Under the pieces are notes generated by a model that saw only the letters and a list, made by a program, of their open reading frames with translations, made no database searches and was not told where the DNA came from. This document shows, in pieces, positions 11,704 to 23,585 of a stretch of 64,000 nucleotides of DNA (the first letter of the stretch is position 1; each line of letters opens with the position of its first letter). The stretch comes from Fistulifera solaris (Eukaryota), in assembly GCA_030295235.1 (NCBI GenBank), contig AP026140.1:744001-808000 (forward strand), written 5' to 3'. A program made the translations under genes and the position numbers.

Positions 11704-13356
11704 ATGGACGGTTCAAGTTTTAATGCAAGCAGCAACACCCTATTTCATCGAAATGGGACGTCTGGAGAACGACATGCTCCTCCCCGAGTACGGTTCCCAG
11801 ACGAGACACCGCCACAGTCATCGGGTGTAGTAGCTTTCGTTACAAATTTGATCACATCCTTTGTGGCGCTATTATGTATCTTCGGCTTAATGACGATCCT
11901 GGTAGTTCTTTTCGTTACCGTCCGGCCATTCTCACAGAATGTGTATCGGAGGTTGGCAGCCCAGTTGGGGGCTGCTTCCTTTTGGATGCAATAGCTTTAT
12001 TGCTTCCCAACACAAAAATATATCTGACTGGCGATTCAGATATTCCTAGTCCTGTCGGAACCTCTGTCATGATTTCCAAATCACGTTTACGAATCGGATT
12101 GGTGGTGGATGCTGATGCTGGGACGCTGTGTTGGTCTTCGGGGCTCTTTGAAAGTCTTTCTACGAAATGAGTATTTGAATTTGTCAATGAATAGCGGAGA
12201 ACCGCCTTCTACTGCAGTTCGACCGGCGGGTGCGTTAGCGGCATCCAACTCATCGTCGCGCATTGTTACCTTTTCGAGGATAGAGACAAATGGCGAAACG
12301 GGGTCGCCTGGATCGAGTGCCAGTGGTGCTTCATCTCCCACCGACGGACGAAACTTTGCGTCTTGCGACATATCGATCGCCGCAAAACTTTTACATTTGT
12401 TTCTGGAAATGCCTCTGGTGAACGAAGAAGATTATGTGTCGGATCGAGAGCAGCTGTTTCAGCTTCTTCGTTCGTTTGCCGCGGGCGCCGGGGCGTCGTC
12501 CCCCGTGCATCTTCTTTTATTTCCGGAAGGCTGGTCGCTGCATCACGGCGCAGATCGGTTGTCGGTGCACGCAAAAAGTAACGAATTTGCAAAGCGGGAA
12601 AGGCGGCCACAGCTCAAACATCTTTTGTTACCGAGAAATCGCGGCTTTAAAGCGACTCTCGAATGTTTGCGAGAATCGAGTCCGGTTGTTTATGATGTTA
12701 CGATTGTAAGTTTTCATTCATTTTTGAAGTTGCGCTGTGCCATTTGCGTCAAAGATTGGTGGCTCACATTTTTCCTTTTGAAAAGGCATACCCGGGTTAC
12801 GATGGATCGTTGCCTCCGTCTCCAACGTTTTCACTGTTTTCTTTATGGGAGGGTCTATTATGTAAGCTTCCTCGAGAAGTCCACATACGGATCAAGCGTT
12901 ATAGTTTAGAGGAAGTCTTGCAAGACTCATCTTGGATGGACAAAAGTGGGCAGAAAAAGACAGGCTTCTCTCTTATTTTTCGCGGCATCAGTCATTTCCC
13001 ATGGATGCAAGAGGATACCGAAGACCACGGATTTTCGACACACGACACCACTCCATAGAAAGCTCTCTTGTTTCATTGGGCAGACTCTTGCTTCTCCCGT
13101 GTACCGTGCCCATTCTACTTTTGCTCTCCATACCTTTATTTTGGACGCTGCTGACAATTTGGTTAATTCACAAGGGTGTCTTATGGATGTTTGGTGACGA
13201 GACTGTCGGTGGGGAGATAGTCGCCCGGACGGTGCGTCGGAAGCGGCACAAACACCGGGCAGTGTATCAGCTGCAGGCACTCCCTACTGTCCCACCACAC
13301 CATTTGCCTCTCCCTCTGTAGCGACGTGGCGGGATATGTTGTCGGGACGTGGCTAG
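11704..13356 (+). CDS. PlsC-family acyltransferase (LCLAT1/LPAAT-like); intron 12706-12785, several apparent frameshifts
   Basis: Rebuilt catalytic NHVYESD (NHx4D), LLFPEG, KHLLLPRNRGF, YDVTI/AYP, VHIRIKRY and WAEKDRLL; N- and C-terminal TM helices. Confidence 0.82.
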
Positions 13357-13747
13357 GGCATTGCAAGGGATATGCTTCGTAACAGTAGGTTATTAATAGA
13401 CATCAGCTAGACACAATCATTCAGCCAAAGCTATAGCTAGCTATGGCGACCGTACACGCAGCGGCAACTTACAACAGTCGACTTTTCTCTAGAAATCATT
13501 CCACGATAATGTTGGAAGCAAGGACATCCTTAGGCTCATTTATTTTGCGAGTCTTTAGTTAGAAACGTCATCCAGTTTTTACTGTAGCAAATAAAGTATC
13601 TGATGCCTGATGTTTTACGACGCTTTTTCACCCCCCTTTTTTGCCCACCACGAAAACGCGCACAACAAAACATTTTTCTTTCATCAACTAAAGTAAAATA
13701 ACAATATACATTGTAAGCTGACAAAAAACGAATAAAAAGAACACAAA

Positions 13748-14794
13748 ATGATTTTTCGATCCGCTTTACTCATTCACTTCCTGAGCTGCGCGACGGTGGT
13801 GAAAGCACTTTCCGTGGAAGTGTCCAGAGCACGTTTGCAACAAGCCTTTGCGTCGCCCTCGGGCAAATTGACTTATTCCCCGGAACTCATTATTCCGGAA
13901 CCCAACGATCCGACGGCCATCTTGTTGCTTTCGAATGCCGTACAAAATTTGTCGTCGCGCATTCGTGCCTGCAAAGCGAATGCCGCCGTCTTACAGGGCA
14001 GTGTATCGGCGTTGCGGACCTTTGTCAATGAGCAAGAAATCGCGCGGGGAAATTTTCCCGGTCCTGTTCCAGTCATTTATGCTGGATCGCTGGAAGGTAT
14101 GGAAGAGATTGCCGAAGCGGGTGCCGAAGGTATTTTGGTGTCGATCTGTGAGGGTCAAGAAATTTCATCCTTGTCAGATCTCGAGTCAGAAGCGAAGTGG
14201 CAACAAATATGTCAACAAGCCATTCAATGTGGTATTCAACCAGTGCCTGAGATAACAATCGGTCATGTCACGGCTTCAAAATGGACGGAAGAAACTATGG
14301 AGTCTTTAGTCGACTGTTTAGCGAAAACCATCGGTGCAGATCCGGCAGCCCTTATTGTTACAATCAACCCAGAGAGCGACGATGAAGAAACCCCCGTGGC
14401 AATTCCTCCCGTAAACAAAGCACTCAACAAGAGAGTACCAATTTTGGGTTCTGTTCGTGTTACGGCGGGAGAAGGGCGTCTGAATGAGGAGTCACAGCGC
14501 TTCAAGGAGGCCGGCTTTTTGGGGACGTTTCTGCGCAGTGATTGTGTGCCCGGATTTCGCATGAACCCCAATTTAGAGATCGTCGCGGGATTTTGGGCGC
14601 ATTGCATTGCGGATTTGAAAAGTACCAAAAGCAAATCCTTTTCTTTCCGTGCCAAGAATAACATGGAGAAGAATGCTTTGACCAACTGGGCCAATTATCA
14701 ACAGAATGTAATCGATTCGGGCGCTTTAGGGGACCCGAACGATTCCTACTCAATTGTGAACGAAGCCGCTGGTGAATACAAAGGATTCGCTTAA
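13748..14794 (+). CDS. Signal-peptide-bearing TIM-barrel-like protein, distantly IGPS-like, function unknown
   Basis: Intact 348-aa ORF; signal peptide ..VVKA-LS. GSVSALRTFVNEQ..GNFPGPVPVI, IAEAGAEGILV and CGIQPVPEI resemble IGPS-like barrel segments; the fold is inferred. Confidence 0.5.
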   Translation: MIFRSALLIHFLSCATVVKALSVEVSRARLQQAFASPSGKLTYSPELIIPEPNDPTAILLLSNAVQNLSSRIRACKANAAVLQGSVSALRTFVNEQEIARGNFPGPVPVIYAGSLEGMEEIAEAGAEGILVSICEGQEISSLSDLESEAKWQQICQQAIQCGIQPVPEITIGHVTASKWTEETMESLVDCLAKTIGADPAALIVTINPESDDEETPVAIPPVNKALNKRVPILGSVRVTAGEGRLNEESQRFKEAGFLGTFLRSDCVPGFRMNPNLEIVAGFWAHCIADLKSTKSKSFSFRAKNNMEKNALTNWANYQQNVIDSGALGDPNDSYSIVNEAAGEYKGFA

Positions 14795-14835
14795 GTGTTT
14801 ATTATCTAGCTATAAATAGTTGCGTTTACTCTAGT

Positions 14836-16218
14836 CTATTCTAATAGTTCATCGTAACACGACTCGTCCGACTGCTGTGTAAAGCAATGACTGTCCATTC
14901 TATCTTCTTGGAGGGAAGGTCGATCACCATGATTTAACAGTTGCTGCTTGACAACCTCGAGATAGCCCAGGCAATAGCTGTTCATATCCAAAGCGTTCAC
15001 TCGATTTTTGTCGAAAGGGAGCTTCGCATTCTGCAGCAGCGCCGTCGATGCCCAACCAAGCAAATGCACTGGCCGTGACGATCGGAATGGTGGCCCAGCC
15101 CCATGTAGGACCCCAAATATACGGAAAGAAGAGCAAAGCGAACACAATGAAGGTGCGCAAGTGAGTAACGTACACAATCGGCAACGGGGTCCCTCGGACT
15201 TTTCCAGGCCACCACAGCATTCGAGCAATTTATCCACATGCGTTTCCAGTGCCGTCAAATGCCGCGACCGCATGAGAGCTATACCTGCAGGGGTAGTTTC
15301 GTTGACTCGAAACATAGCATTCATATGATAGCGGGCTTGATCCAGAGCGTAAACAGGAGCATGCGAACTATTCGACAAGCGCCTCACTTCCTCTGGTGTT
15401 AAAACCCCGGCAAAATTCAGTACCGGCAGCTGCTTGACTCCGCGGAGTAATTCCATCACCGCAATCACAAAGGCTATAACCCATCGTATAGCTTCATCAC
15501 GGTGATAGTGATCGTGATCCGCATGCGCGATGGCGCTCGCGGAAAATCCTCTCGCACGGGCAATGAGCAAGCCCCACATGGTTCGCGCTCTCCAGAAGCG
15601 ACCGGCCGCCCGATTCAAGCGGAATACCAACAGGAATGACATGGTTGTGTTGACAATAAGTGAAAAGAAGATCTCCCAGCTATCAAAAGTGTGATGTTCG
15701 TCCTTTGTCTTGAACCAAAGCTTGGATACCAGGGTATACACGATTGCGTGCGAGACGAGCACAACAAAGGGTAATAGAAAGAGATCCAGCGCTCTGCCTT
15801 GCAAGACAAACAATGTCTTAATCCAACCATCGCTACTCTTGGGATAGTTCCTTTGACTGCTACCTTCCGCCAACAACTGCGCGGTGCGAACATTCTCGTA
15901 CTGGAGAAGCGACTGAATCAAAGGAGTCGGCTTGTTTACGGAGCAATCTTTTTCCGTTGCTTTCTCATCTTCAGCTTTATTGATTTGCATTCGAGTAGTT
16001 GCCTGTGATTCTTTTGATCTGGAAGATGCTTGATCGGTAATTGACGACAGCAATGAATGATTACTAAATAGTGGATTTCGAAAATAATGATTGCGTGACG
16101 GCAGAATGGGTTTGATGTTTGATGGGCACGTTCTCGCGTCGTCAAAAAAAGAAGAACGTTCAAGCTTCACGCTCGGACTTGGAACAGTAGCGAAAGATTG
16201 AACCGTCTTCATCATCAC
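14836..16218 (-). CDS. Bestrophin-like anion channel (YneE/UPF0187/VCCN type), paralog 1; compensating frameshifts near 15200 and 15015
   Basis: SFLLVFRLNRAAGRFWRARTMWG, E(K)VRGTPLPIVYVTHLRTF, LGIDGAAAECEAPF and NALDMNSYC. Confidence 0.88.
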   Translation of the reverse strand: MMMKTVQSFATVPSPSVKLERSSFFDDARTCPSNIKPILPSRNHYFRNPLFSNHSLLSSITDQASSRSKESQATTRMQINKAEDEKATEKDCSVNKPTPLIQSLLQYENVRTAQLLAEGSSQRNYPKSSDGWIKTLFVLQGRALDLFLLPFVVLVSHAIVYTLVSKLWFKTKDEHHTFDSWEIFFSLIVNTTMSFLLVFRLNRAAGRFWRARTMWGLLIARARGFSASAIAHADHDHYHRDEAIRWVIAFVIAVMELLRGVKQLPVLNFAGVLTPEEVRRLSNSSHAPVYALDQARYHMNAMFRVNETTPAGIALMRSRHLTALETHVDKLLECCGGLEKSEGPRCRLCTLLTCAPSLCSLCSSFRIFGVLHGAGPPFRSSRPVHLLGWASTALLQNAKLPFDKNRVNALDMNSYCLGYLEVVKQQLLNHGDRPSLQEDRMDSHCFTQQSDESCYDELLE

Positions 16219-16488
16219 TACTGTTTACTATGAAGATACTGACGTGGAAATCATTGCTGTTTCTGGCATGGTAAGGTGTCAAGTGATGACGCATGTCAAG
16301 TGACACGTGGTCACGGGTCAAGCTAACGGGGTCGCGTGCTGTTGAGGAAGCAATCCATTCTCAATAAACAAATCTTTCCAAAAATCATCCGGAAGTTTTT
16401 GTAAGGGGCACCAATCAGTATCTGATTTGTATCAAAATTCGTCTCGGGCACCATAGCCCCGATCAAAAATTTCTTTCAGTCCTAACTC

Positions 16489-17534
16489 CTAACGACCTTG
16501 CTCAACAGCCAGGCGCTCAGCATGATTCAATAGTTGCTGCTTGACGACCTCAAGATACCCCAGACAATAGCTATTCATATCCAACGCATTCACTCGATTT
16601 TGTCGAAGGGAGCTTCCGCTTCGGCGGCCGCCCCATCAATGCCCAACCACGCAAACGCTCGCCGTCACAATCGGAATGGTGGCCCAACCCCAGGAAGGTC
16701 CCCATAGATATGGAAAAAGAGCAAAGCAAACACGATGAAGGTCCGTGAAATGCGCCACGTACACAATCGGCAGCGGTGTCCCACGGATTCGTTCCAATCC
16801 ACCGCAGCATTCAAGCAACATGTCGACGTGTGTTTCTAGTGCCATCAAATGCCAGCGCATACATCTGTGCCACACCAACAGGAGTATGTTCGGTGACACG
16901 AAAAATGGCATTGATGTGATATCGCGCTTCATCAAAGGCATAAATGGGAGGATGCGTGTTCGCCGACAAACGGTAGACTTCGTCTTTAGACAATATTCGG
17001 AAAAATTCAAAACTGGCAGTTCTTTAACACCCCGCAGTAACTCCATACTGCAATGACGGACGCCACGATCCATCGGATCGCTTCATCGCGGTGATACAGA
17101 TTATCCTCGGCCGTATGGGCAATGATACAAGCGGAAAAGGCCCGAGCCCGGGCAATGAGCAATCCCCACAACGTCCGTGAGGACCAGTACCGATCCGCGG
17201 CTCGATTGAGACGAAATACTAGCAAAAAGGACAAGGTCGTGTTGATGACGAAAAGAACATTTCCCAGCTTTCCATAGCACGATCGTTGCGTTGCAGCCAC
17301 AATTTCGTGAGGCGTATAGGCCGTCGCATGCAACACCAGCAGTGTCAAAGGCAACGGCAATGAGATCGAGAGCTCGTCCCTCAAGAACGAATATCGTTTT
17401 CATCCACCCGTCATTGCTTTTGGGATAATTTCGTTGACAACTGCCCTCGGCGAAAGCAATTGTGCGGTTCGTACATTTTCGGTACTGCAAAAGCGTTTGC
17501 AGCAATGGAATTCTGTTTTCCGGCTCTTCGACAT
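16489..17534 (-). CDS. Bestrophin-like anion channel, paralog 2 (tandem with paralog 1); many indels, either sequencing error or pseudogene
   Basis: Fragments in several frames align with paralog 1: LLQTLLQY, FAEGSCQRNYPKSNDGW, SFLLVFRLNRAADRYW, ERIRGTPLPIVYVAH, PYLWGPSWGWATIP and QLLNHAE..*. Confidence 0.8.
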
Positions 17535-17744
17535 GCGTTTATTCGTTGTTGGGTCAAATAAAAACGGAGAGTAATGAGAATGAAAAAGAAAAAGAAAGAG
17601 AAACAGTACAAAGGAGAAACACTTTTGACGTCAATTGGCGCCGTCGCCGTCTTCAGCGTCATCGTCGTTTTCACTGCAGAACGCCGAAAAACAGAGAACT
17701 GTTACTAATTGCGGGAGCGTTAATTGCGTGGTTATTTGGGTGAG

Positions 17745-17831
17745 CGAAATAAGGCAGTGGTGTAAAATTATGACTACAAGTGTTACATCTACCACGGAGG
17801 CTTCCCGTCTGTACTACACTCGGTTATTTCG
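17745..17831 (-). repeat. 3' LTR of element A (87 bp), termini CGAAATAA...TTATTTCG
   Basis: Identical to 24460-24547 except one C in a C-run; preceded on the minus strand by the purine tract GAGGGGA. Confidence 0.93.
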
Positions 17832-17955
17832 GTCCCCTCACGATGAGACCCGAGCTAGGGCTTCAACGTGTCCTTCATAACCGATAAACCCTTATTTCAT
17901 GGAAAAACAACATAAAAACCATGACGATTCATTCATCGAATCCATCCTTCATCAT

Positions 17956-18025
17956 GTGGAAAATACATCAAAACCACACATCGACTTGTCCGTGGAAAAT
18001 ACGTCAAAACCACGTATCAAACTTG
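17956..18025. repeat. 36-bp imperfect tandem duplication in the 3' UTR of element A
   Basis: gtggaaaatacatcaaaaccacacatcgacttg at 17956 and gtggaaaatacgtcaaaaccacgtatcaaacttg at 17992. Confidence 0.8.
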
Positions 18026-18132
18026 AAACTTCAATCACTGTACCTGGACGAAAAACTTATCCCCAGGAGGCTCATCCCATCGGAATAGTAAACATAACTA
18101 CCCAACCAGTGCATCGGGACCTATCGCCTGCA

Positions 18133-21100
18133 TCACTGATGTAAAATACGCTTCACCAGTGGATCTCGTACATTCCCAGCTTGAATCTTCGTCAGAATAT
18201 CTGCCAAATTCGTCTTCGTAGGCTCGTAGGATACATCAACGATACCCATCGCAACTTCAGCTCACGTACATAGTGATATGCCACCGAATTGGACTTCTTC
18301 TTCAGAACTGATTCAGGAATACTCGAGTTCTTGATCACCGACATATTGTCACCTTTGACAACCGCAGGATCTTCTACCGGAACACCCATCATCTGTAGTT
18401 TGTACCGTAGACCTTCGATTAACTCGACCGCCCGTTTTCATAGCACTAAACTCAGCACCAAATGTGGACGTCTCAATCGAAGTTTGCTTCTTGCTGTACC
18501 ATACTGTCAATGACCTGTTCAAATAGATCAAGACACCTGTACGGGAACGACGAGTAACATGGTCACCCACCAAGTCAGCATCAACGAAACGTTATTTGCA
18601 CAGGCTTACCCAATGGCTTTGGACAATCCGTCGGAATCATAGGCTTAGCATCTCGGTAAAAGTCATTCCAATCAGGTCTAGGTTGTCTGGCGTGCTCTAC
18701 ATACGAAGGATCGAACACAATCTTAGACCTTTCATGTGACTTCAAATATGCAAAGACATGCACAACCGCCGCTAGATGGCCTTTCCTTGGCATCGCACTG
18801 TGAGACGCAAGCATCGAAACTTCACCACAAATATCAACTCTTCCAAGCTCGACCATCCAGCGTAAAACCCCTATCTGCGAGTGATAAAACTGAATTTCGC
18901 CGTCATCGCACTCCGGCGATATGTCAAGCTCCGGACGATACTTCGATGGTAAAACACTTGACGCCTTCTTCGGGTAAAGCCTCATCTCGCTTTTCCAACC
19001 AAAGACAAACGTTTCGTATTGCTTCCTTCACATATTCATTCGAACTCATCGACCAACAAGGCTTTTCATCACCCGGGAATTGATGCTGACCAATCGTCGA
19101 ACCCAAGTAGCGAAGTTGGCTTGCCTATCGAACCTTCTTTCAGAAGAAAGTGTTGATCAAGCTTGTATAGAATAGCTTCCGGCGCCACAGAAACACACAG
19201 GATGTCATCCGTATAGACCAATACCAACTCGTAGTAACTAGTCCCATCCGCTTTCTGTGCCGGCCGTATCCATACATCGTTATCCCATTTCGACAAGGTG
19301 TAAAACTCAACGACTCATGCAAACACTCACTCAGATATGACCTCCACGCAGCTCCAGAACTCTTCAGTCCGTAAAGAGCTTTCACGATTTTCGCCTTTCG
19401 ACCTTTGAACTGTGGACCAAATTCGGCACCGCAAATAATAAAGATTCGTTCTCGAACTGGTGCATTCAAGTACGCATTTCCAATATCTGCCGCCATAATG
19501 TCCAAATCGTTCAATGCCGCTAGTAGGAAGGCAATCCGCACGCTTTCCCTCGATACAACACTAGCATAGGTAATCGAGCTCGGCGGATCCGTCATGTGTC
19601 CCCCCTGCTACGGCCGGGCCTTCCGTGTGAAATCTGGTTTTATATCAAAAACCATGTGAACCCCAATCTTGGTAAAACCAGCAGGATCGGAGCGTCTTCA
19701 TCAAGGATCTGAAACGCCTCAGCTACCGCGACGCATCTCTTCGCAATCGCCGCCCCAAAAGTCAGTTCCCGTGAGCGATCAATCGCCAATGCTTCTTCGA
19801 CTGTCTTTGGCAATGCGATCCCATATTTCTGAGTAACACGAAAGTAGCGCTTAGCCATCGCTTTGATGATCCTGGTCCTTCTCTTGAGCTTTGTAGGGAA
19901 CCCACCATGAGAAAGCAGGCTCCTCAGCAATCTGTCTCGCAACAGCAAATTCCGCTAACTGTAAAGGGTGAGACTGCTTTAGGTCTTTCAGTTTCTCCCA
20001 AGTAGTAGTGCCATCATTCCATAGACAACACAGTTTCCATCCCTTGGTAGTCCGCTTAGGATACTTTCGGTTGTTGTGGATCACGAATGCCTCTTCATGC
20101 GGAACCGCGTCGACTCTTTCTTGTAGTCCACTATTTCCTTTAGGACATAACTCGCACGCCCATGGTCATCCACTTCGGCATAGATGGCTTCAGCGATCTG
20201 ATTCGCATGATAAGCCTCCACTTCACCCGTATCAAATTCAATCTCATACAGAGCGGTATCGAGCAAAGGGTTAGGATGGTACCGGCCAATAGGATTCCCG
20301 TCTTGATCGTGCTTCCGACCTTTAACCGTACCGTACGACATCGAGTCCCCTTGCGGAAGCATTACCCTTGCTGAGATATATTGATTGTATGAATCGTAAT
20401 CAAACTCATCAGCTTCCTTTATCTCGGGAACTTCGGGATCATGCGACTCGGTCGGAACATAGTATTCCAACTCTGGGGTGCTTCGTCTTCCGGTATCTCG
20501 GTCGGATCCAAGGGCATGGCTCGGTCCTTCAGCTTTTGCTCCAACGTCTGCGTGAACTTTGCCTTCAACTCAGCAACGGCTTGGCTATTCTGTTCCTCAA
20601 CTGACAAAGGGAAAACACTTGTACGGGAAATCGGTCGACCAGAAGCGGGTAGGATCCTAGCACATAGGACATCACCGACATCGGAAACTGGGACCAAGGT
20701 ATCTTCCAAGATGCTTCCTTTCCATATTTTTGTCTTGAGGCGAGATAAACCAAACCCAATCATACCAACCGAACTCACAAATGTGTGAAATATCAGCGGT
20801 GTCCCCTGTCAAAAGCGTCTACGGCACTTCACCATCTAACTGTCTTATGGAAAGACAAGAGTGGCTCCGAACATACGCGTGGTAGACCAAACATAGGTCC
20901 CATAGACAACGTGGGGAATTCGTGCGAATCATAGCACGCCTATACATCCTTTTCAATTCACGAATGCCGTCTTCAGCGAGGGTTGGCGTTAGCGTGTGCT
21001 TCGATCGGCCTAATGGTCGCTTGCACTCGCTATGCCTCTTCGCTTAAACTCTCCTGCTGTCAACTCTCCGGCATTGTCTGGAATTAAAGTGTGAGGGACT

Positions 21101-23585
21101 CCGACGACGAAACAAGTTTGTCAAGCGTGTAATGGGCATCGCTTTTCAATCGGGTCCACACATATCCAGTGAAAGGGGGTGCAATACACAGCCGCATATT
21201 TGTTACCCAGCAGTGAGACACATGTACCGACCAGAATGTCGCGAGTACATCTCCGTATTAAGCCGAGGATAACGCAGCTGGTACGCAAATGGTTTGAGAC
21301 GGCGCGTTCCAGAGACTGTCGAGAAGTCCCGAATTGCCCGTTGCGTCGTTTCGCTGGAGCGTTCGCCTAGCCGTCTCGATCCCTATACTCCATCATTTTG
21401 CCAAATCTTCGGGTGTGACATATGCTTTCCGGTTCTTCGTTGAGATTGCGGCACTTGTAAGCGAAGCAGCATACGAATCGATGTCAAAAGCTGCCGAACC
21501 GCTCAGCTGAAATCACAGCAATCGAACGAGCTGGCGGGACAAACGTCGCGCTCACTCGTAACCGAACCAAGCATCCTCTGTCCCCCTAAACGAAGCTCAG
21601 AGTCAAGGGAAACACGCAATGAGTCCTCATCATGCTGGCGTGGTTAGAATCCATAGGATCCCAGAACGACTCGGAGGTGACGTTTACATGGATGCAGTCA
21701 ACGTCCGAGCTCAGTTCTTTGTCGGTCGGTCGGCGAGTGGGGAAATATGAAATAGTCCCCATCAGTTTCAAAGGAATCTGGAGAGCTGGCTCAGAAAACA
21801 AAATAGAATGGCTCTCCGGGCGACGTTGTTCCGGGAGGTAGGTGTAGGAGAGGAGTTTCATTCACAACGACTTGGTTGTGCCGAAGTTGAGCGGGGCTGA
21901 TCAAGTGTCGATGCATGTTTGAAAAGTAGAGTGACTGGTGAAAGAACAAAACGTGGGTTTGCAGCGTCGTGGGGCAATCGTATGCAACCGCGAACTGTAC
22001 CAATGGGAACTTTGGTCACTTTCCCAAGAGAACTAATGAATGGTTCCACCGAAACTGTTTCGGCCGGTATCATACACGAGAACCGCGTCTTTACCGAACG
22101 AGCAAGTATCACAGTGCGAGTCCAATTCAGCTCTACCAGGAGTCTGTTGTCGCATTGCCGCCGCGAACTCGCTGCACCGCCAGTCAAGGTCGTCGACTCA
22201 TGCGGTTACCTGTCGACTCAACCACATCGTCACTATCGGAGTCAGCCGTCTCAACAGCTGAAGCATTTCGCGTCTCGGACTTAGCCCTTTCACGAGCATT
22301 GCGAACTTCTTCCTGTTTCTCTTTCGGTAACTTGATCCACTCCTTCCATTTGTAGTACGGGACACCATCCTTGCCTTTCTTTGCTTTTCCGCCCTTTCCT
22401 TGACCAGATTTGCCGCCACCTTTCTTGTTGTTACCGCCAGAATTTCTGGTAACCGAAGAAATGTTGCGAGTGGAACCACGGGTCTTTGCTGCATCTTGCT
22501 TCTTTCTATCAACCTGCTCAGCCAAGTAGTTCATCGCGTTTTCGAAGGTACTTTCCAACACAGCATCAGCCCGGACGCTCGGCGCTCATCTTTAGTTCAT
22601 CTGCCCAGATGTTGTCTAGAAAGATTCGTACCTTCCTATCTTCAGTCATCACCTCACCCGCCTCTTCCAAGTCCAAGAAAGCCAAGTTAAGCTTCTGACA
22701 GTAGTCTTCAAAGGTAAAGTTACGCCTTTCCATCATAGAAGACTGTCGAAAGGACTCGGTCGGCATGAGCAATGTTGCGCTTCTGATAAGAACGCCCCAT
22801 ATAGTGAGTCTTCAAGGCAAAATAAGCGGCGCGTCCATCTTTGCTGTAAGCAAAAGGCTTAACCCAATTCCAAGCTGGTCCACCGTGTGAAACCTGACGA
22901 ATAACGCTCCACAGCATCATATTGTCTTCTTCATACTGGTCTCCATCATGGCGAACGACGAACAAGTTCCGACATAGCATCAGGGACACCGAAACCTGGA
23001 TCATCAACCCCTTCGATTCCATCGGGATCGACATGCTCCCGCACAAGGTATGACAAAGGCGCACCATAAGCTCCAAGGTGATTGCCAAGTACCTCGTCGA
23101 TGTCTTCAATCGTCTTCCGAGCGTTTTCCACCTTCAACAACACATCGATCTTAGGAAGATCTTTGTTGGTCTCACGCGACGAATGCGCTCACGCCATAAA
23201 GTCCAAGCGCGTTCCAATCGAGCAAGAGTTGCAAAGCCAGGAACAAACTCGCTGCAAGCGGTGCAAGTGGAAAAGGAAGTAGCGAAGCTGACGAACACGG
23301 AGCTCAAGATTGACTCCGATCGCAATACCACGGTTCGGAATCATCGCAGGTACCATCGGTGCAGCCTCCGCTCCAACCGCAGGAAGGACAAAGGCTGGGT
23401 TTGGAATCAAACCCCCAGGGTTTCGAATCTTCGTAAAGATCTCCTGAACGTACTTATCACTCCGGTGCGTCAAGTCGTCAAACGCTGGTAATGCCTTGGC
23501 CATTGATGGCCTGACGAGCTGCCGCATCCTCAATAAAGAGGACATCACGGAGGTAGTTGTTGAATGCAGCAAGATTGGCTGCCAT
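18133..23585 (-). CDS. gag-pol polyprotein of element A, fragmented by many indels
   Basis: Gag start MAANLAAFNNYLRDVL; DGRAAYFALKTHYMG; ITYASVVSRESVR; DIGNAYLNA; KALYGLKSSGAAW; YTDD; SRTGVLIY..WYSKKQ..ETSTFGAEF; GDN; DILTK. Confidence 0.9.

Noticed and set aside
2206..14794. Aromatic-metabolism gene cluster (TyrA, Rieske oxygenase, IGPS-like)
   Set aside because: Interspersed with unrelated housekeeping genes; no coherent pathway or shared regulation is visible.
17740..17745. Alternative 5-bp TSD (TGAGC or GTGAG) for element A
   Set aside because: It would make the LTR ends asymmetric and leave a shared base outside the repeat, and element B shows a clear 4-bp TSD. Not fully excluded.
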